From a virus (taxonomy: Duplodnaviria > Caudoviricetes), in IMG/VR virus record IMGVR_UViG_3300020171_000007, positions 1 to 52,148 of that record: 52,148 nucleotides of DNA. The stretch is one strand, 5' to 3'. The translations under genes were made by a program, and so were the position numbers. Below the pieces are notes generated by a model. The model did not search any database and had not been told where the DNA came from. It was given only the letters and a program-made list of their open reading frames with translations. Shown piece by piece: positions 48,077-52,148 of the stretch (the first letter of the stretch is position 1; every line of letters starts with the position of its first letter).

Positions 48077-49471
48077 CTACTCCTTTTGTTGTCCTCGGAT
48101 TCCAGGTGCATAGACTCCCCGGAGTCCACGTAAGTCTGTCATCTTATATCGGGCTTTGATGTAACTAAGCCTTGTTGAATTGTAGATTGCCTCAAATCTT
48201 AAACGAAATCTGAAGGCATCTCCTGAGGCAATAATAGATGCTATGCTTTGATCATTCAAAGGTTTGTAAGCGGCTGTTGCCCATGTAGCGTTGTCATGAG
48301 TATAGTCCAATCCAGCTACAGCGCCTTCAACTACAAATGCATCTGCCTCCATAGACATCACAGTCTTCTGTCCCTTATAGCCCATATCAAAAGGTTCAGT
48401 GCAGATAGCTGGGAATCCAGAATCTATTGCGTCAGGAATCATATAGGAATTATTATTGCTTCTCCACACAGCTGAAGGATGTTGTAAGATCTCAGTCAAT
48501 CCATAAGGGGATAACAAGAAGGTCTTTGTACTATTCCCAATATAGAAGTCCCTCTTCTGAGGATCATAGGAAACTATGATGTCTTCACCAGCAAGCTGCT
48601 GAATAAAAGATTGATAACCAAGCTCTTTAACTCCCTCTGTAGTTACCTCTCTTAATATATAGTCCTCACCAACATAGACATGGCGTCTTAAGGAACCATT
48701 CATAGCTCCTTGATTAATGATACCTATGTCATCGAGTTCTTTGAATCCAAAAGTTGTAGCCGGCTCACCTACTGGAGCCATCAGAGTTATTCCTTTTGAA
48801 GAATAACCAATGACTACATCACCTAGCCTTCTTACATGTCTAACTATTCCACCGTAAGGACAGCGTCTATAGCCGGCCTCATTTCCTTCGTCAGGAGTAA
48901 AGTCCATGGAGCCAATCTTAGACCATACATAGAAGGTCTCATCACAGTCATGCCAAGCACCAACTACACCACCACCCACTGCCTGACCTTTAAGGTTGCA
49001 GATAGTTCTCATCAAAGGAATAGTTGCTGTTGCAAGTGAAGGAACCCATGTAGCTAAAGTTGGATTCCAAGCTATCATAATAACTCCATTCACCATGATA
49101 GCATACTCACCAAAGTCAGCCATCTCCATCAAGGTACCTTTGCCAAATGTAAGCTCGTCAACATCGAAGATGTGTGTTACTACTGAGTGGTCTGCGCTGA
49201 GACTATACACAGAGTCTTGTTGATTAGTAGTATCCCTAATCACCAAGATATTAAAAGCATCTCCTGTTATGAATTGAGGAAAGGGCCAATCATAGTACTT
49301 ATCAACAGTAACAGGAATAGGATCATCTAATAACACATGAGCCTCGAGTCTAGCCTTTCCACATCTGAATCCTAAACACTCAAGTAAGAACTGAGCATTA
49401 ACAATATTCTTTTCTTCAGGACTCAAGCCATTCTTTAAAGCTTCGTCAATGAGGAGTTCAAACTCTCGCAT
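48077..49471 (-). CDS. Tail nozzle / DNA stabilisation protein
   Basis: 464 aa beta-propeller-like (WSKIG..DF, SYDPQKRDFY); position. Confidence 0.6.
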   Translation of the reverse strand: MREFELLIDEALKNGLSPEEKNIVNAQFLLECLGFRCGKARLEAHVLLDDPIPVTVDKYYDWPFPQFITGDAFNILVIRDTTNQQDSVYSLSADHSVVTHIFDVDELTFGKGTLMEMADFGEYAIMVNGVIMIAWNPTLATWVPSLATATIPLMRTICNLKGQAVGGGVVGAWHDCDETFYVWSKIGSMDFTPDEGNEAGYRRCPYGGIVRHVRRLGDVVIGYSSKGITLMAPVGEPATTFGFKELDDIGIINQGAMNGSLRRHVYVGEDYILREVTTEGVKELGYQSFIQQLAGEDIIVSYDPQKRDFYIGNSTKTFLLSPYGLTEILQHPSAVWRSNNNSYMIPDAIDSGFPAICTEPFDMGYKGQKTVMSMEADAFVVEGAVAGLDYTHDNATWATAAYKPLNDQSIASIIASGDAFRFRLRFEAIYNSTRLSYIKARYKMTDLRGLRGVYAPGIRGQQKE

Positions 49472-49505
49472 GGGATTTCCCTCTTCTCTTGATCTTCATT
49501 AGTTC

Positions 49506-49520
49506 GTTTATCAATTAAAC
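49506..49520. promoter_or_regulatory. Dispersed palindrome copy 18
   Basis: GTTTAT CAA TTAAAC with AGTTC/GATCT flanks. Confidence 0.75.
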
Positions 49521-49525
49521 GATCT

Positions 49526-50032
49526 TTAACCACCACCTGGCAGTTGGGAGTCAGTCAGCAGCTTTTTTTCTTTCTTAGCCATATCATCTTCAAGTTCCTC
49601 GATTAGGTAGCTTTTGACCTCGATATCTTTCATCTCAGGCTTCCAGAGGAATGAGATCCAGATGCCGGTTACGATCTCTTCACTTGGGGTGAGAGAGATC
49701 TCAAGACAGTCACCAGCCTTGACATCTATCTTAGGCTCAATGAATAAGGTCTTGCGATCTAGAATGAATCCTTTCATTGTAGATCCTATATCATTGAATA
49801 GCTTAACCTCTACATTGACGCCTTTCTTAGGTTTCTCGTTCAGCCGAATGAATCCCTTCGTCACAGTCCCATCACAAGGAAACATATAGCGAAGGATGGC
49901 ACCTTCTACTTTCTCCCCAAACACTGCGTTGGAGATAGGATAAGGTGTGATGAGAGCGACTGTTCGTTTGCTAGCCCTTCGCATTAAGCGCTGAGTGACT
50001 ACTTCAAGATGTTCAATTCTCTTGTTATCCAT
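49526..50032 (-). CDS. Hypothetical virion protein
   Basis: 168 aa, coupled to adaptor gene. Confidence 0.55.
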   Translation of the reverse strand: MDNKRIEHLEVVTQRLMRRASKRTVALITPYPISNAVFGEKVEGAILRYMFPCDGTVTKGFIRLNEKPKKGVNVEVKLFNDIGSTMKGFILDRKTLFIEPKIDVKAGDCLEISLTPSEEIVTGIWISFLWKPEMKDIEVKSYLIEELEDDMAKKEKKLLTDSQLPGGG

Positions 50033-50755
50033 CTACCCCTCCATTTCGCTGGACTCAGCTATTAACTCCTCAACTAAGTCAAAACCGATCTGTTGCATAT
50101 CAGTCTTTATTACATTACTCCAGTCATTCAGACCTTGAGTGTTTCGGTTAGGTATTTCGGTAGCTCTCATAGCGGCTGAGATTAGGAGTAGAGGATGGAC
50201 AGCAGACCAGTAGTTTTCATCTGTGTCATTAACCAACTCAGTCGAATAAAATAGCCCGTTGATCATTATAGTTAATTTTTCACTCGCTGGAACACTAACT
50301 AATATGGCATTATACTCATGAGCATTTCCAGCAGGATTATCTATCCATCCGGTAAAGGATTCCAATGAGAGAGGTGTAGCATTCTCTGGAATATAGCGAG
50401 TGATACAAGGGGCGTAGTAGAGTGGCTCACCTGTTGAGCGTGAGCTAGGAAGGCCAGTTAGATAGCCTTCAACTAAATCTTGCAATCGCTTCTTCTCAAG
50501 CTGCCATTTAGCTGTAGTTGAGCCAGCCCAGACTTCTTTGATCGCTCTACAGTATGGAAACTGGACTGAATAGAATCCTATGTTAAGGAATCTATAGCAA
50601 GTTCCCCAAGATTTCTGAGTCTCATCGAGACGATCTAGAAATTTACGTCCTTCGTTGATAAAGAAGTCAGCGCCTGTATCAACTCCAGCATCGGTTACTA
50701 GATCAAACCGTCCGGAGAGCTCACGGAACTTTTGACGAGTTTGAAGTAAGTTCAT
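50033..50755 (-). CDS. Head-tail adaptor protein
   Basis: FFINEG, TGEPLYY, NYWSAVHPLLLI; directly downstream of capsid. Confidence 0.65.
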   Translation of the reverse strand: MNLLQTRQKFRELSGRFDLVTDAGVDTGADFFINEGRKFLDRLDETQKSWGTCYRFLNIGFYSVQFPYCRAIKEVWAGSTTAKWQLEKKRLQDLVEGYLTGLPSSRSTGEPLYYAPCITRYIPENATPLSLESFTGWIDNPAGNAHEYNAILVSVPASEKLTIMINGLFYSTELVNDTDENYWSAVHPLLLISAAMRATEIPNRNTQGLNDWSNVIKTDMQQIGFDLVEELIAESSEMEG

Positions 50756-50769
50756 TTTAACTCCAATTC

Positions 50770-50815
50770 AAAATAAGCTGTGGGAGAGGAAAAGGAGGAA
50801 AACCCCTCCCACAGC
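50770..50815 (-). terminator. Rho-independent terminator after capsid gene
   Basis: GCTGTGGGAG/CTCCCACAGC stem followed by TTATTTT on the minus strand. Confidence 0.7.
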
Positions 50816-50828
50816 CGTTCGGCCTGAA

Positions 50829-52044
50829 CTATGCATTCAAGCCTACACCATTAAGGACTCCGCATTTCTGAGGAAGCCCAAATTCGAGACCGGCTTCAGT
50901 AAGGAACTCCTCATTGATTCCGTCAACGCGCCGCTGACCGTAACCCTCAGAATGGGTCTTGTTCGAGGACTCACCGTAGAACGAGGTATCGTCAATGAAG
51001 CGATAGCCGAGTTCTTTGGGCTCCAGAACAATCCCCATGTTACGAGTAGTCGCATCGTAACTGAAGAGAGGGTGAGTTTTCATCTTGATGGTTCCGAAAG
51101 GAGTGATCCAATTCAGAATTTCCATCCCGTAGATCTTCTGCCCAGCAGTGAGATTCATCTGGCCTTCAGTCCGTGCCAGAGCATCAATGCCGAGGAGAAA
51201 TCCAGAACCACAGAGGACCAGTTTCTCAGAACTGCCATAGCGGAAGATCTGCTCGAGCATGTTCCTGAGCCAGAGTCCACCACCGAGTACGTTAGTCCAT
51301 GCAAGACCAGCGTAGGTAGCATTGAGTGTGTAGTCGTCGCAGTTGGCTGCAGCATACTGACGGATGAAGTTGATCACACCCATAGTGGTACGCTCCGGCT
51401 TTCCGTTGTCGCCGGTGTTCTCAGTCCGAATACCCCAGAGGTATGCAAGCTCCATTTCCCAGGAGTGCATTTCCAGAGCTTCAGCCTTAGCCTTCTGGCG
51501 CTGCTCGGGAGTTCTCAGTTTGGTCTTGAGAGCCGTCCGAGTCATGCTCAAAGGCGTTCGGAAGATCTGCGTGTAGTTGTAGACCTTCGTCGGGTTAAGA
51601 GCGATGGCGTCCGGCATCTCGCCACCCTCAGGATTGATATTGCCGATGATCTTGAAAGTGTCGCAGTCGGACAGATCATGGGCTACAGAGTTGTCGTCGT
51701 TCTCGAGGAGCTTGATAGCGAGAACGGAGTTAGTGGTTCCACGCACTACCTCAGTTACCTTCCCAACTACATCGACTCGATAGTCAGATGCATCGCGAAG
51801 AAGGATCTGATGGCCCTGACGAATCCGGTTAGCAAGAACCGTAGTGATCTGAGCATAGACTACATCACCAGCTACTCCACCACCTACATAGGCAGCAGAC
51901 AGATCAGGAAGAGTGTAGATGTTAGCTACGGCTCCACCGACTGCAGTTTGCTCCTGGGTCCACCAGTGGAATTGCGGATCGTCTACAGCCTCAGAACCCA
52001 TCATTGACAGGATAGCCGTCAAAGGGGCCATTCCATTAGGGTAA
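50829..52044 (-). CDS. Major capsid protein exon 2 (spliced product ~431 aa; SU10-like MCP)
   Basis: YNYTQIFRT, ERTTMG, ITPFG, LTEAGLEF; strong codon bias; continues from exon 1 across the circular junction. Confidence 0.85.
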
Positions 52045-52148
52045 CCTATATCACTACAATTTCTCGCAGTGCTGGACTATATCTTCCACAATATCAGTGG
52101 TTCGACGTATAGTCTCTGAGGGAACCTTACTTCCAAATCTTGTATTGG
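52022..52148. repeat. Terminal direct repeat (copy 2)
   Basis: Identical to 1-127. Confidence 0.95.

Noticed and set aside
1021-49524. Palindromes as CRISPR repeats or terminators
   Set aside because: Copies are kilobases apart, AT-rich with no U tract, and no cas operon is present
50952-52007. 351-aa plus-strand ORF
   Set aside because: Antisense shadow of the codon-biased capsid gene; no motifs recognised

Overview
Apparently complete ~52.0 kb tailed-phage genome with podovirus-like gene content. Bases 1-127 are repeated exactly at 52022-52148, consistent with a circular assembly overlap and a 52,021 bp unit. There are two arms. The minus-strand late arm (1-16988 plus 38681-52021) encodes a terminase small subunit candidate, M15 endolysin, a methyltransferase-kinase, a B12 radical SAM-GT2 fusion, tail fibres, TerL, an intein-containing portal, scaffold, a major capsid gene split by a group I intron, tail proteins and a 2255-aa polyvalent ejection protein. 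The plus-strand early/replication arm (17365-38658) encodes HNH proteins, ligase, HIRAN, a PD-(D/E)XK nuclease, a Sak4-like ATPase, an SSB-like protein, Nmad1-like, dCMP deaminase, a ParB-methyltransferase, UDG-PolA and a helicase-like protein. The most striking unexplained signal is a ~25-bp palindrome (core GTTTAA-NNN-TTAAAC) found at least 18 times, never more than ~5.2 kb apart and even inside genes, in a genome encoding a ParB-HTH-DNA methyltransferase fusion. Also notable are a cluster of non-canonical tRNA-like/structured RNAs around a frameshifted LAGLIDADG gene and a late glycan-modification cassette next to a signal-peptide-bearing fibre protein. All calls are from reading motifs by eye; no database searches were run.
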